Origin: an uncultured Anaerolineales bacterium | GTDB lineage: Bacteria > Chloroflexota > Anaerolineae > UBA7937 > B3-Chlor | DNA length: 64,000 nucleotides | Direction of reading: 5' to 3' | Assembly (NCBI GenBank): GCA_964347945.1 | Contig: CAYGAW010000186.1 | Location: 13,865-77,864 of the forward strand | Part shown: one piece after another, positions 18,795-28,888 of the stretch | Position numbering within the stretch: position 1 is the stretch's first letter | How the letters are laid out: every line of letters starts with the position of its first letter | Translations under genes and position numbers: made by a program | The notes under the pieces: model-generated | Database searches by the model: none | The model's input: only the letters and a program-made list of their open reading frames with translations | What the model was told of the DNA's origin: nothing

Positions 18795-20153
18795 TTACAC
18801 AACCATCTCTTCGGGGACAGGCTCGAGATTGGCGAATCTCGCTTGCTCTTTCATAAACCGGAGGCTCACTTGCCCCGTCGGCCCGTTGCGGTGCTTGGCC
18901 ACCATGATATCGGCAATGTTAGGCTTGAAGGAGTCCTCTACGTACATCTCCTCGCGGTAGATGAACATTACCACGTCGGCGTCCTGTTCGATGGAGCCGC
19001 TTTCCCTGAGGTCGGAGAGAACGGGTCGCTTGTCGGCACGAGATTCCACTGCTCGCGAGAGTTGCGAGCAGGCTAACACGGGCACGTGCAACTCGCTGGC
19101 CAGGGACTTGAGCTGCCGAGAGATGTAGGAGACCTCCTGCACGCGGTTCTCCATCCTCACCCCGGCTTGCATCAATTGCAGATAGTCCACGATGAGCAGG
19201 TCCATGGGATGCTCCGCCTGAAGACGCCGGGCTTTGGCTCGCAGTTCCATGGGGGCTATCGCAGGGGTGTCGTCGATATAGATGGAGGTCTCGGAGAGTT
19301 CGCCCATGGCCCTGGCTATCCTGGCCAGCTCTTCCTCATTGATGTCTCCTGTCCTGAGGCGCTGGGACTCGACCCCAGTGCCGCCAGATACCAGGCGCTG
19401 GAGCACCTGTTGAGCTGGCATCTCCAGGCTGAACAGGGTAATACATCGTCCGTGCCTGCGAGCAGCGTAGTCAGCTATGGTCAGGGCGAGGCTGGTCTTG
19501 CCAGTGCCCGGACGCCCGGCGACGATAATCAGGTCAGCGGGCTGGAAACCCCCGAGGAGCCTGTCAAGATCGACGAAGCCCGATGGTACTCCGATCGTCT
19601 CTCCCCGATGCTGGTAGAGGTATTCGATGCGGTCGTAGTAGTCGCCGAGAAGTGCCCGCAGGGGCACAAGTTCCCGCTCCACCCGCCGCTGCCCTACCCC
19701 GAGGATGAGTTGCTCTGCCTGGTCCAGGATCCTGTCCTCATCATCGGCTCTTTCGTATGCCATGCTGGATATCTCGCCCGCAGCGCTGATGAGGCGGCGA
19801 AGCATGGCTGTGCGCTCCACGATGCGCCCGTAGTGCTGCACGTGAACCGATGTCGGCACGGCGTTGATCAGCGAAGTCAAATACCCGGGGCCACCAACCT
19901 GCTCCAGCTGCCCGCGCCGGTCCAATTCATCACACAGGGTGACGAAATCTGCCGGGAAGCGACGCTCGTGAAGCTCGACAATGGCTTTGTAGATCAGGCC
20001 GTGGGTTTCGCGGTAGAAGTCTTCGGGGCGGAGAAAAGAGGTGACTTTGAGGATGGCTTCAGGGTCAATCAGCAGGCTACCCAGGACCGATTGCTCAGCC
20101 TCTATGTTCTGAGGAGGTAACCTGGCTGCCGTCACCCTGTCATTCCTCCTCAA
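18795..20153 (-). CDS. dnaB: replicative DNA helicase
   Basis: [16 protein letters not shown], Walker [26 protein letters not shown] and the like are DnaB family motifs. Confidence 0.95.
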   Translation of the reverse strand: MRRNDRVTAARLPPQNIEAEQSVLGSLLIDPEAILKVTSFLRPEDFYRETHGLIYKAIVELHERRFPADFVTLCDELDRRGQLEQVGGPGYLTSLINAVPTSVHVQHYGRIVERTAMLRRLISAAGEISSMAYERADDEDRILDQAEQLILGVGQRRVERELVPLRALLGDYYDRIEYLYQHRGETIGVPSGFVDLDRLLGGFQPADLIIVAGRPGTGKTSLALTIADYAARRHGRCITLFSLEMPAQQVLQRLVSGGTGVESQRLRTGDINEEELARIARAMGELSETSIYIDDTPAIAPMELRAKARRLQAEHPMDLLIVDYLQLMQAGVRMENRVQEVSYISRQLKSLASELHVPVLACSQLSRAVESRADKRPVLSDLRESGSIEQDADVVMFIYREEMYVEDSFKPNIADIMVAKHRNGPTGQVSLRFMKEQARFANLEPVPEEMVV

Positions 20154-20640
20154 GATCGTCCATATCCAGGGTGTCTACGAAGTCTCGGAAAACGGACAGC
20201 TTCTCCTCTTCCTCTCTGGGGAGGTCGGCGTCCTCTTTGGAGGGGACGATTGCAGCCCTGTCCATCACATCGGGCGCAACGTAGATGGGTACGCCGACCC
20301 GCACTGCAAGGGCGATGGCGTCACTGGGACGAGAATCTATCTCAACTTTGCGTCCGTTCTGTTCGACCACGATTTGAGCGTAGAAGGTGTCGTTCCTTAG
20401 GTCGTTCACTTGGATGTGGGAGACGGAGGCATCCATGTGATCGATGACCGCCTTCAAGAGATCGTGGGTCAAAGGCCGTGTCATCTCCACGTTCTGCAGG
20501 CCGATGGTTATGGCATCAGCCTCGAAGGGTCCTATCCAGATGGGCAGATACCGTTCCTGATCGTCCTCTTTCAGCACCACGACGCGATGCTGGGATAGCA
20601 TGCTAACCTTTACACTATCAACGTTCACTCTGATCATCAA
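20140..20640 (-). CDS. bifunctional nuclease (BFN/DUF151) family protein
   Basis: [25 protein letters not shown]...TRPLTHDLL...DTFYAQIVV...[21 protein letters not shown]. Confidence 0.85.
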   Translation of the reverse strand: MMIRVNVDSVKVSMLSQHRVVVLKEDDQERYLPIWIGPFEADAITIGLQNVEMTRPLTHDLLKAVIDHMDASVSHIQVNDLRNDTFYAQIVVEQNGRKVEIDSRPSDAIALAVRVGVPIYVAPDVMDRAAIVPSKEDADLPREEEEKLSVFRDFVDTLDMDDLEEE

Positions 20641-20666
20641 GAAGCCTCCTTCCCTTGCTGGTTCTC

Positions 20667-20695
20667 ATTATACCACAAGGGTTGTCGGGACACAA
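20667..20695 (-). promoter_or_regulatory. possible promoter for the nuclease-dnaB operon
   Basis: On the minus strand: TTGTGT (20695-20690), 17 nt, TATAAT (20672-20667), with a TGg extended -10. Confidence 0.35.
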
Positions 20696-20830
20696 GGAAG
20701 AGCCGTAGAGGCGACCGGGGAACGTTGCCACGTTCTCGACATTGCCAATCCCGGACTCTGGGCGCGCCAGGGAAGAGGCCGCTGAGCACGTACGTACTCC
20801 CTTCAGAGGAGTGGATCCGCTCGTACAGTG

Positions 20831-23293
20831 CTACTCGACCACGATACTCACCAAACGACCGGGCACGTATATGGTCTTCTTGACCCTCTTGCCCCCCAAC
20901 CGTCGCTGGATAGGCTCGCGGCTCAGCGCCAGCTCTTTCGCTTCCTCCTCGCTGATGGTCACCGGAACCTCCACCTTGTCCCGTACCTTGCCGTTGACCT
21001 GGATGATCAAGGTGAAGACCTCCTCGGCCGCCAGATCCTCATCCCACTTGGGCCAGGACTGACGGTGGATGCTGCTGCCGTCCCCTACTTCAGTCCACAA
21101 CTCTTCTGCAACGTGCGGGGCGATGGGCGCTAGCAGCAGCAACAGCGTCCTCACTCCTTCCTCCAACGCAGGGGTCACCCCGTGCGCCTCCTTGTGCGCG
21201 ACCAGGGCGTTGCACAGTTCCATGCAGGCGCTGACCGCGGTATTGAAATGGAAGCGCTCGATGTCGTCGGTCACTTTCCTGATCGTCTGGTGGGTCTTGC
21301 GGCGCACTTGCCTCTCCGCCTCTTCGCGAGCCTTGCGTGCGGGCGCCTCGTCCATCACCAAACGCCACACCCGCTTCAAGAAGCGGTATGACCCTTCGAT
21401 GCCCTGGTCACTCCACTCAGCATCCAACTCCGGCGGGCTCACAAAGAGGATAAACGTGCGCGCCGTATCCGCCCCGTAGGTGTTCACCATGTCGTCGATG
21501 GGCACGACGTTACCCTTCGATTTGGACATCTTCTCGACCTTCCCCGTCTTGGGGTTCAATTTGGTGATCATCCCCTGGGTGAAGAGACGGGCGAAGGGTT
21601 CGTCAATACTGGTCAATCCCATGTCCCGAAAGACCTTGGTGAAGAACCGGGAATACATCAGATGCAGGATGGCGTGCTCCACGCCCCCGGTATACTGATC
21701 CACCGGCAACCACCCGTCGGCTTTCTCCTTGCTCCAGGGTGCCTTGTCGTTGTGAGGGTCGGTGAACCGGAAGTAGTACCACGAGGAGCAGACGAAGGTA
21801 TCCATGGTATCCGTCTCCCGGTGACCGGCGGAGCCACAGCGCGGGCAGGTGGCATGCACAAACTCGGGAACGGTGGCCAGAGGCGACTCGCCCGTGCCCG
21901 TGGGGCGGAAATCCACGTCCATGGGCAGGATAACCGGCAAGTCCTCCTCAGAGACGGGCACCATGCCGCACTTCTGGCAGTAGATGATGGGAATAGGGGC
22001 TCCCCAGTACCGCTGACGGGAGATGAGCCAATCTCGCAGACGATAGTAGACCTTTCGCTCGCCTATGCCGTGCTCCTCCATGTAGTCGGCGATGCGCTCC
22101 ATCCCTTCCCTGGAGGGCAGTCCGTCGAACGATCCGGAGTTGACCATGGTCCCCTCGTCGAGGTAGGCTTCCTCCAAGTCTGTCCCATCCCAGCCCGGTG
22201 GAGCGATGACCACGGGTATAGACAGGCCGTACCGCTTGGCGAAGGCGAAGTCACGAATGTCGTGAGCGGGCACACCCATGATGGCCCCCGTGCCGTAGGT
22301 CATCATCACATAGTCGGCCACGTATATGGGCATACGCTCACCATTCATGGGATTAATGGCGAAGCTTCCGATGAATACACCCTCTTTCTCGATGTCCGCC
22401 GACATACGGTCGATCTCAGATGCTTGTCGCGCCTTCTCCACATAGGCATCGACCTCCGCCTTATGCTCAGAGGTGGTGAGCTTCCGGACCAGCGGATGCT
22501 CCGGAGCCAGCACCACAAAGGTCATACCATAGACGGTGTCTATACGGGTCGTGAAGGCACCAATCTCCTCATCATGACCCTCAATGCCCAGACAGAATTC
22601 CACGCCCGGGCTCTTGCCGATCCAGTTCTCCTGCATGACCCGAACCCGTTCAGGCCAGTGTTCCAGCAAGGCAAGATCTTCCAGTAGCTCCTCGGCGTAG
22701 TCGGTGATCCTGAAGAACCACTGCTCCAGGTCTTTCTTGGTGACGATAGTACCGCAGCGCTCGCAGCGACCACCATCGACTACCTGCTCGTTGGCCAGCA
22801 CAGTCTTGCAGGACGGGCACCAGTTGGCGGGAGACATTTTCTTGTAGGCCAGGCCGCGCTCGTACAGGTGGAGGAATATCCACTGCGTCCAGCGGTAGTA
22901 GTCGGGTAAGCAGGAGGTGACCTCTCTTGCCCAGTCGTAGCAGATACCCATTTTGTAGAGCTGCCTTTTCATATCAGCGATGTTCTGCTCGGTCCAGAGC
23001 TTGGGATGGATGTCTGCCTGCAGAGCGGCGTTCTCGGCCGGCAGGCCAAAGGCATCCCAGCCCATGGGGTTCATCACGTTGTAGGCACGCATCTTCTTGT
23101 AGCGGGCGATAAGGTCGCCGATGGTGTAATTGCGCATGTGACCCATGTGCAGGTCACCCGAGGGGTACGGGAACATAACCAGCGCGTAGAACTTCTCCCT
23201 CTTGTCGTCATCGCTGGCGTAGTACAACCTCTCACGCTCCCAATATTCCTGCCATCGGGGTTCAATGTCTTGCGGCACGTATTGCCTGCTCAC
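20831..23293 (-). CDS. leuS: leucine--tRNA ligase
   Basis: Class I HIGH ([11 protein letters not shown]) and KMSKS motifs, CP1 editing domain, 820 aa. GTG start 8 nt after GGAGG. Confidence 0.97.
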   Translation of the reverse strand: MSRQYVPQDIEPRWQEYWERERLYYASDDDKREKFYALVMFPYPSGDLHMGHMRNYTIGDLIARYKKMRAYNVMNPMGWDAFGLPAENAALQADIHPKLWTEQNIADMKRQLYKMGICYDWAREVTSCLPDYYRWTQWIFLHLYERGLAYKKMSPANWCPSCKTVLANEQVVDGGRCERCGTIVTKKDLEQWFFRITDYAEELLEDLALLEHWPERVRVMQENWIGKSPGVEFCLGIEGHDEEIGAFTTRIDTVYGMTFVVLAPEHPLVRKLTTSEHKAEVDAYVEKARQASEIDRMSADIEKEGVFIGSFAINPMNGERMPIYVADYVMMTYGTGAIMGVPAHDIRDFAFAKRYGLSIPVVIAPPGWDGTDLEEAYLDEGTMVNSGSFDGLPSREGMERIADYMEEHGIGERKVYYRLRDWLISRQRYWGAPIPIIYCQKCGMVPVSEEDLPVILPMDVDFRPTGTGESPLATVPEFVHATCPRCGSAGHRETDTMDTFVCSSWYYFRFTDPHNDKAPWSKEKADGWLPVDQYTGGVEHAILHLMYSRFFTKVFRDMGLTSIDEPFARLFTQGMITKLNPKTGKVEKMSKSKGNVVPIDDMVNTYGADTARTFILFVSPPELDAEWSDQGIEGSYRFLKRVWRLVMDEAPARKAREEAERQVRRKTHQTIRKVTDDIERFHFNTAVSACMELCNALVAHKEAHGVTPALEEGVRTLLLLLAPIAPHVAEELWTEVGDGSSIHRQSWPKWDEDLAAEEVFTLIIQVNGKVRDKVEVPVTISEEEAKELALSREPIQRRLGGKRVKKTIYVPGRLVSIVVE

Positions 23294-23332
23294 CTTGCAC
23301 CTCCTCTCACAGCTGCCATAGCTGAGAATATG

Positions 23333-23362
23333 AACAAAACCCCTCGCCTCAGGGGCGAAGGG
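23333..23362 (-). terminator. T-box expression-platform terminator
   Basis: On the minus strand: CCCUUCGCC-ccuga-GGCGAGGGG followed by UUUUGUU. The 5' arm overlaps the region that can pair with the T-box sequence (antiterminator). Confidence 0.8.
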
Positions 23363-23424
23363 TTTCTCCGCGGTACCACCCTGCTTGATAGAGCATCCTA
23401 GCTAGGAGAACAGGATGCCAACAA

Positions 23425-23497
<73 letters not shown>

Positions 23498-23728
23498 ACG
23501 TGGTCTATCCACTCTGTGGCATGATAACGGCTGCCGACCGACAACGACTACTCTGCGAGGGACTCCAAGTGCATCCCTGCATTCATCGCTGTGGCTCCCA
23601 GGCGAGTTCAGCCTTGTGGCACTCCCCGAGGTACCGCGCCGGGCTCCCACCCTGTCTAACGCCCAGCTCTCTGCAAGGGATGGCCTACTACTCCTGTTCT
23701 CGGCCTTTCCAGTATTATCGCGTGCCAG

Positions 23729-23800
23729 TGGAGGCAGGGGGATTCGAACCCCCGACCTCATCAGTGCGATTGATGCGCTCTCCCACTGAGCTATGCCCCC
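23729..23800 (-). tRNA. tRNA-Ala (anticodon CGC)
   Basis: Acceptor GGGGGCA/UGCCUCC with G3:U70, D-arm GCUC-AGUGGGA-GAGC, anticodon arm CAUCA-AUCGCAC-UGAUG, T-arm GGGGG-UUCGAAU-CCCCC, discriminator A. Confidence 0.95.
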
Positions 23801-23835
23801 AAGGCTGCCGGACAGATGTGAAGTTCTAAGACCTT

Positions 23836-23864
23836 AGTATATCAGAACGGTGTCCAAGAGTCAA
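23836..23864 (-). promoter_or_regulatory. strong sigma70-like promoter driving tRNA-Ala / T-box / tRNA-Ala / leuS
   Basis: On the minus strand: TTGACT (23864-23859), 17 nt, TATACT (23841-23836), about 35 nt upstream of the first tRNA. Confidence 0.6.
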
Positions 23865-23878
23865 GCCTCAGCATGACC

Positions 23879-23908
23879 TTGACATCCGCGCAACGTCAGT
23901 GGTACAAT
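23879..23908 (+). promoter_or_regulatory. sigma70-like promoter for the PadR/ECF operon
   Basis: TTGACA (23879-23884), 18 nt, TACAAT (23903-23908). Confidence 0.6.
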
Positions 23909-23962
23909 GGGGTTGACCATTCATGATGTGAATATTACGAGCGTGAATAAGACGTTTCACAG

Positions 23963-24502
23963 ATGAGCAAAGAATTGTCGCCCCAGTGGGTGCTGCTGGG
24001 ATTGCTAACGCAGAAACCGATGCATGGTTACGAACTCCACCAGTCCTTCACCTCTCCCTCACCGCTGGAGAAGGTGTGGCATCTGGGCATCAGCCAGACC
24101 TACAAGCTGCTGAAGGACTTGGAGAGCCAAGGTTATGTGGAGGTCAGCATAGAGCCCCAGGAGACTCGTCCCGACAAGAAGGTGTATCAGGTCACGCCCT
24201 CAGGAAGACAAGCCTTCTTGGACTGGCTGCAAAGCCCGGTTCAGGGCATTCGCTTGATCCGCGTAGAGTTCCTGGGGAAGCTCTTCCTGGCCCAGAGCCT
24301 GGGTCCAGAGATGGTGGAGCGGGTGACTAGCATTCAGACAGAGGCCTGTCGAGCACTACTGGCTGAGCTGAGGGAGCAGCAACCCACCGACGGGTTCGAA
24401 GAACTGGTGCTGCGCTTTCGCGCTGGGCAAGTACAGGCAGCGATCGAGTGGTTGGAATACTGCCGGAACGCCCTCGGCCGGCCGAGCGTGCAGGATGACT
24501 AG
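23963..24502 (+). CDS. PadR family transcriptional regulator
   Basis: WVLLGLLTQKPMHGYELHQ...YKLLKDLESQGYV winged-helix PadR signature plus a C-terminal dimerisation domain. Confidence 0.9.
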   Translation: MSKELSPQWVLLGLLTQKPMHGYELHQSFTSPSPLEKVWHLGISQTYKLLKDLESQGYVEVSIEPQETRPDKKVYQVTPSGRQAFLDWLQSPVQGIRLIRVEFLGKLFLAQSLGPEMVERVTSIQTEACRALLAELREQQPTDGFEELVLRFRAGQVQAAIEWLEYCRNALGRPSVQDD

Positions 24503-24508
24503 AGTGAA

Positions 24509-26008
24509 ATGATCGAGATCGAAGGCCTGACAGTTCGCTACAACTCAGCGGAACCCGCAATAGACGAGTTGTCGCTAAGGATCGAGCCAGGCGAGTTCGT
24601 GCTTCTGACGGGCCCGTCGGGCTGCGGCAAGAGCACCTTGGCTCGCTGTCTCAATGGTCTGATCCCTCATTCGTCGGAGGCCACTATGAGCGGCCGACTA
24701 ATGGTGGATGGGCTTCGGACCACGGAGCACACGGTGCCTGAGCTGGCGACGCACGTGGGACTCGTCTTCCAGAATCCAGCCACGCAACTCTTCGGATCAA
24801 CGGTTTCCGAGGAGGTGGCCTTCGGACCTCGCAATCTCGGTCTGCCGGTGGGGGAGGCGGCACAACGCTGTCGCTTCGCGCTAGAAGCCACAGGCATAGA
24901 GCACCTTGCTGACCGGGCAACCGGAACCCTCTCTCTAGGAGAGCAGCAGCGTGTGGCTATCGCCGCAGTGCTGGCTATGAGGCCCCAAGTTCTCGTGCTC
25001 GACGAGCCCACGTCGAACCTGGACCTGAAGGGGACGACAGCGGTTCTGGAGACCCTATGTCGGCTGCGAGATGAGTACGGTATGACCATCCTGATCATCG
25101 AGCATCGACTCAGCGAGTGCGGGAGGCTGGCCGACCGAATCGTCGTCATGAACCAGGGGAGGATCGTATTGGATGGACCGCCCGTGAGTGTTTTCCGTCG
25201 GAAGGAGTTCCTGTCCCACCTGGGCGTTCGTTTTCCGCGAGAGAGGAGGCACGAGTCCTGGTCTGGACGATGGTCCGAAAGAGTGGGCGAGCGCCTACCG
25301 AAGGGCGGACCACTAGTGGAGCTGCGGGACGTACGGGCGGGATACGACTCCACGATGGTGCTCAGAGACCTCAGTTTCGCTGTCTATCCAGGTGAGTTCG
25401 TGGCCTTGGTTGGAGATAATGGCGCAGGCAAGACCACAATAGCTCGCCTGGTCACGGGCTTGTTGAAGCCAGCGGGTGGTCGTGTCCTGTGGAGTGACAG
25501 CGTCCATCGGCTGCCCCTGGGACGAAGGGTAGGACTTCTCTTCCAGAATCCACTTCACCAGCTGTTCTGCGACACGGTTGAGGAGGAGATAGCCTTCGGT
25601 CCCTCTAATTTCCAGATGCTTTCGCAGAAGCGGTTGGATACGATCCTGAAAGTTGCCGGTCTGGCTGATTTGCGGCAGCGCAATCCGTATGCCCTCAGTG
25701 TGGGACAACAGCAGCGAATTGCTCTCTCGTCCATTCTCTCTATTGAGCCCGCGCTTCTGGTCCTGGACGAGCCCACCATGGGCCAGGACTGGGGCAGCCT
25801 AGGTCGGGTGATGGATTTCCTGTCAGAGTTGAACGGGCACGGCCAGGCCATCTTGCTCATCACCCATGACTACAAACTGGTCTGCCGCTATGCCCACCGG
25901 ATTCTGTCTCTGGAGGACGGGCGCGTGTCAGAGCTCATGCGTTCAAGGGAGACAGGTGTGGAGACTGAACGTATGGGGGAGACACTCTATGAAGTTCTCG
26001 GTGCGTGA
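24509..26008 (+). CDS. fused double ABC ATPase of an ECF-type transporter (EcfA1-EcfA2-like)
   Basis: Two complete ABC cassettes: GPSGCGKST...LSLGEQQRVAIA...LVLDEPTSNLD and GDNGAGKTT...LSVGQQQRIALS...LVLDEPTMGQD. Confidence 0.9.
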   Translation: MIEIEGLTVRYNSAEPAIDELSLRIEPGEFVLLTGPSGCGKSTLARCLNGLIPHSSEATMSGRLMVDGLRTTEHTVPELATHVGLVFQNPATQLFGSTVSEEVAFGPRNLGLPVGEAAQRCRFALEATGIEHLADRATGTLSLGEQQRVAIAAVLAMRPQVLVLDEPTSNLDLKGTTAVLETLCRLRDEYGMTILIIEHRLSECGRLADRIVVMNQGRIVLDGPPVSVFRRKEFLSHLGVRFPRERRHESWSGRWSERVGERLPKGGPLVELRDVRAGYDSTMVLRDLSFAVYPGEFVALVGDNGAGKTTIARLVTGLLKPAGGRVLWSDSVHRLPLGRRVGLLFQNPLHQLFCDTVEEEIAFGPSNFQMLSQKRLDTILKVAGLADLRQRNPYALSVGQQQRIALSSILSIEPALLVLDEPTMGQDWGSLGRVMDFLSELNGHGQAILLITHDYKLVCRYAHRILSLEDGRVSELMRSRETGVETERMGETLYEVLGA

Positions 26009-26588
26009 ACTGGTCTATATCGCCATCTTTGGCGCCATCTGGGGAGCTTTCGAGATGACGCTCGGTTCTTATCTGCACGTCATCTTTCCACCGTTAGCGG
26101 ACACCTTTCTGGTTGGGCTGATCATGGCCTCTCTCGGCGTGGTGGTGGCCCTCATCGGCAGGCTGTTCGTTCCCAAGAGCGGCTCGGTGCTGATGATGGG
26201 GATAGTGGCGGCGATCTTGAAGATGATAAGCATCGGCGGGGTCAAGCTGGGGCCACTGGTGGCCATCCTGGCCGAGAGCTTGTTGCTGGAGTTGGGGCTC
26301 CTTTTGTCTCGAGAGCCCACACGGGGCGCCTTCATTCTGGCGGGGGGGCTGGCGGCAACTTGGAACTTCTTCCACAAGTTCATCATGATGTGGCTCCTCT
26401 TGGGCGAGGGCGCGTACGAGGTCTATGTGCGCATGGTGCAGCAGGGGGCCTCTCTGCTGCGGATCGATGTGAGCTTCGCTCTCGTGATCATCGTCATACT
26501 TCTGCTTCTCCGCATTGCCGCCGGGGCGCTGGCGGGATTCGTGGCCTGGGACCTGGGGAGGCTGGTACGTGACCGTCTGGCAAGATAG
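25989..26588 (+). CDS. polytopic membrane protein, probable ECF substrate-capture (S) component
   Basis: About 199 aa with roughly 6 hydrophobic helices, lying between the ECF ATPase and T-component genes. ATG 25989 overlaps the upstream stop by 20 nt. No specificity can be inferred. Confidence 0.6.
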   Translation: MKFSVRELVYIAIFGAIWGAFEMTLGSYLHVIFPPLADTFLVGLIMASLGVVVALIGRLFVPKSGSVLMMGIVAAILKMISIGGVKLGPLVAILAESLLLELGLLLSREPTRGAFILAGGLAATWNFFHKFIMMWLLLGEGAYEVYVRMVQQGASLLRIDVSFALVIIVILLLLRIAAGALAGFVAWDLGRLVRDRLAR

Positions 26589-27294
26589 AGGGCTGGCACT
26601 ACAGATTCGGCGCGACATCTTCAGCTCCTTCGGATATCTAGTTTTCTTCCTCGCGGCCCTGATCATCGCCATCCTGGCTAGTGAGGCGAAGCTTGTTCTC
26701 GTCCTGGTAGCCATACTCCTGTTCACCGCTCTATTCCACAGTCAGGCTCTCAAGCTCCTTGCCACGTGGCAGCTGTGGTTCTTCGTCCTCGTCACCCTGG
26801 TGTTGAGTCCCTTTGTCATCGGTGATAAGGACATTGCTCTGTGGGGCGTCGGTCTGTCTCAGGAAGGGTTCTGGGCCGGTGTGTGGATGACTCTAAGGGC
26901 GCTCAGCATCGCCTTGGCGGCGGGCGTCTTCGCCGGCGCTGTCTCCGTTTCGCAGATGGCACAACTCTTCGAGAGAATGAGGTTGAAGGGGCTCGGTTTC
27001 GCCTTGGGGGTGGCCACCAACGTGCTGCCCACTGTGTACGAAACGATGGAGACCTCCTATCAGGCCGTGCGCTTGCGCGGTGGATTTCGCCGTGGCAGAT
27101 TGCGGACGCTGAGGTTGCTGTTGGTGGCAATCATCGCCGGGTCGCTGCGCCGTGGCGATGACATCGTCTCGGCGGCCGAGGCGCGTGCCTTTGACCCCAC
27201 GACGTCCCAGGGGCCACCGCTACGTATGACACGCGCCGACGTGGCGCTGGTGAGCATCATCTCGGTCCTTAGCCTGGCATTGGTAGTGTGCTGA
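26569..27294 (+). CDS. ECF transporter transmembrane (T) component, CbiQ/EcfT family
   Basis: Polytopic, with ...ALSIALAAGVFAGAVSVSQMAQLFERMRLKG...YQAVRLRGG (EcfT-like coupling helices with Arg motifs). GTG 26569 is chosen and the start is uncertain. Confidence 0.8.
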   Translation: MTVWQDRGLALQIRRDIFSSFGYLVFFLAALIIAILASEAKLVLVLVAILLFTALFHSQALKLLATWQLWFFVLVTLVLSPFVIGDKDIALWGVGLSQEGFWAGVWMTLRALSIALAAGVFAGAVSVSQMAQLFERMRLKGLGFALGVATNVLPTVYETMETSYQAVRLRGGFRRGRLRTLRLLLVAIIAGSLRRGDDIVSAAEARAFDPTTSQGPPLRMTRADVALVSIISVLSLALVVC

Positions 27295-27588
27295 CTTGGG
27301 GGACGCGTCTGGCGTTGCCGGGCGCGTTCTGAGTGGCACTGTAGCATATCGGGGCGCAAAGCCAATCCTGCGACGGAGAGACGCGTCGGGAGTGTTTCCC
27401 CAAACTGGCCTGTGGCAGGTTTTAGTCCAAGTGGTGCGGCACTTTAGGTCTGGCGCTACACAGTGCCGAGCAACCGCGAAGCGGGCAATCGGGCCGTCTG
27501 TCGAATATCCGTATGAAGTCAGCCTACGGCGGCGCAGGGCACCTTGGCAGGTGAGCACAAGCGTCAACGGGGAGGCTGGCAGCCGCCC

Positions 27589-27626
27589 AACACAACAAAG
27601 GAGGCGGGGCATTGAACCCCGCCTCC
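27589..27626 (-). terminator. rho-independent terminator after the SWIM gene
   Basis: On the minus strand: GGAGGCGGGG-uucaaug-CCCCGCCUCC followed by UUUGUUGUGUU. Confidence 0.65.
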
Positions 27627-27649
27627 CGTCAAGTCGGGTTGGCTCCGCG

Positions 27650-27907
27650 CTACAACGTCGCCGATTCCACCTCTTGAGCCACCGGTAGCATCACCCCCAG
27701 AACCCTCTCCAAAGCCATGGTGTGGCTGCACACACCACGCTGGGCGAAGAAGCCACAATCGCAATTCCATTGACCTTTCGTGTAGGATACAGCGTGCACG
27801 TTGTGATCGCCTTCGACGGTCACTTTGAAGTCATCGAATCTGATTCTCTCTGGCTCCTCAGCATACCGCTTGGCCTTCTGGATCTTGCCGATCATTCCTG
27901 AGTTCAC
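27650..27907 (-). CDS. small SWIM zinc-finger protein
   Basis: GQWNCDCGFFAQRGVCSHTMAL is a CxC...CxH SWIM signature. GTG start 7 nt after GGAGGTGA. Confidence 0.75.
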   Translation of the reverse strand: MNSGMIGKIQKAKRYAEEPERIRFDDFKVTVEGDHNVHAVSYTKGQWNCDCGFFAQRGVCSHTMALERVLGVMLPVAQEVESATL

Positions 27908-27949
27908 GCCTCACCTCCTGTCGACTGTTTTGGCCGGTTGGTCAGTCCG

Positions 27950-27985
27950 AAAAAAGAACACAGGAGCGCATCGGCCCCTGTGCTC
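27950..27985 (-). terminator. intrinsic terminator inside the 5' leader of the SWIM gene (attenuator candidate)
   Basis: On the minus strand: GAGCACAGG-12 nt-CCUGUGUUC followed by UUUUUU. It lies between the promoter (28081-28053) and the start codon (27907). Confidence 0.55.
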
Positions 27986-28052
27986 GCAGACACGACGAGT
28001 GTGAAACGATGCCTGTAGGGTCAAGATCTGTCCTCTGTCGCGATCTACAAAT

Positions 28053-28081
28053 AGTATAACCCAGTCGAGTGCATTTGTCAA
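28053..28081 (-). promoter_or_regulatory. sigma70-like promoter for the SWIM gene
   Basis: On the minus strand: TTGACA (28081-28076), 17 nt, TATACT (28058-28053). Confidence 0.55.
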
Positions 28082-28208
28082 TTCCGTAGACTCCGGGTAG
28101 CCGCTCGTTCTAGGCCTTCCTTGTCCTCCCAAAGCGGCCATGGTATGATCTCCTGAGGTTGGTCGGCTCCCCTGCGACTCGGCCTCGCCGCCAATCATGC
28201 TAGCTTGA

Positions 28209-28469
28209 GTGAGAGCCACTATGGGTACGTTGTCACCGGACACGCACCTTGACGCGGAGGCGGTGCAGATTCGACTGCTTCGCCAGATGCCTTCCTGGAG
28301 AAAGCTCTATCTTGTCAGCCAGATCACGCGGACGTGCTATGCCCTCGCCCTCAGCGGGCTGCGCGAGCGTCACCCGACGGCGACGGCAGATGAACTGCGG
28401 ATGCACCTGGCGGTGCTCGTGCTGGGTGAAGAACTGGCGGCTCAAGCATACGGGGATCTGCCGGAGTAG
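28209..28469 (+). CDS. hypothetical small protein
   Basis: ORF with helical, protein-like composition (...RKLYLVSQITRTCYALALSGLRERHPTATADELRMHLAVLVLGEELAAQAYG). No clear SD and the start is uncertain (GTG 28209 or ATG 28221). Confidence 0.4.
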   Translation: MRATMGTLSPDTHLDAEAVQIRLLRQMPSWRKLYLVSQITRTCYALALSGLRERHPTATADELRMHLAVLVLGEELAAQAYGDLPE

Positions 28470-28888
28470 CACGCAAGGAATGCAACTCCACCGAATGGAC
28501 CGTGCATACCTGTTGCGCTGGGCACGGGAGTTGAGCGTGGCCCAGCTCTTGCACCGAGCCTGTGAAGAACCGGGGTTGGAAGGCGAACGGTGACGTGGGC
28601 GCCCCGTGGGGCCAAGGCCAGAGCTGCACCTCTGGAGGTTCGTTCTTGGCTCGTCGGGCTGGGCGTCTTGCGGTGGCTGGCTCATCGTTGCCCTCTGTGC
28701 TATGATGCATGCATAAGCATCGGCCGCTGAACGTAACGACCGTCGCTCCTTGCGAGTTGAGAGCGGCGAGGTTCGAACTTTGCCTTCGGGGAGAGACCGG
28801 ACAGCTCGAACTGGTTCTACGTCTGGCGCATCTGCGCACACTCTTACACATCTGGAGAGAATAGACTTGCTATGAAGGAGAATAGATC

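Noticed and set aside
19086-20120. Long ORFs antisense to real genes: this one, plus 21662-22687 (+), 35491-36324 (-), 38026-39024 (-), 44620-45414 (+), 56233-57072 (-) and 62531-63949 (-).
   Set aside because: They are typical stop-poor antisense frames in GC-rich DNA. Their composition is Arg/Gly/Pro/His-rich with no recognisable motifs, and each is fully overlapped by a well-supported gene on the other strand.
23498-23728. I first considered the 230-nt spacer between the two tRNA-Ala genes as a possible 6S, SRP or RNase P RNA.
   Set aside because: It has none of the conserved SRP (GGAAGCAGC) or RNase P (GAGGAAAGUCC) strings. It does contain ordered T-box Stem I/II elements: AGUA, AGAGAG, GGUGGGA, a CUC specifier and the CCGUUA F-box.
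27985-28040. GATGCCTGTAGG on the plus strand resembles the 3' end of fluoride (crcB) riboswitches.
   Set aside because: It has an extra nucleotide relative to the consensus. There is no matching 5' GGxGAUG...AAACxGCC half and no fluoride-related gene downstream.
28484-28593. A short frame encoding MDRAYLLRWARELSVAQLLHRA resembles C-termini I associate with nucleotidyltransferase-type proteins and could be a gene fragment.
   Set aside because: It is only about 37 codons long with no upstream body in any frame, and I cannot verify the family from memory. It is left unannotated.
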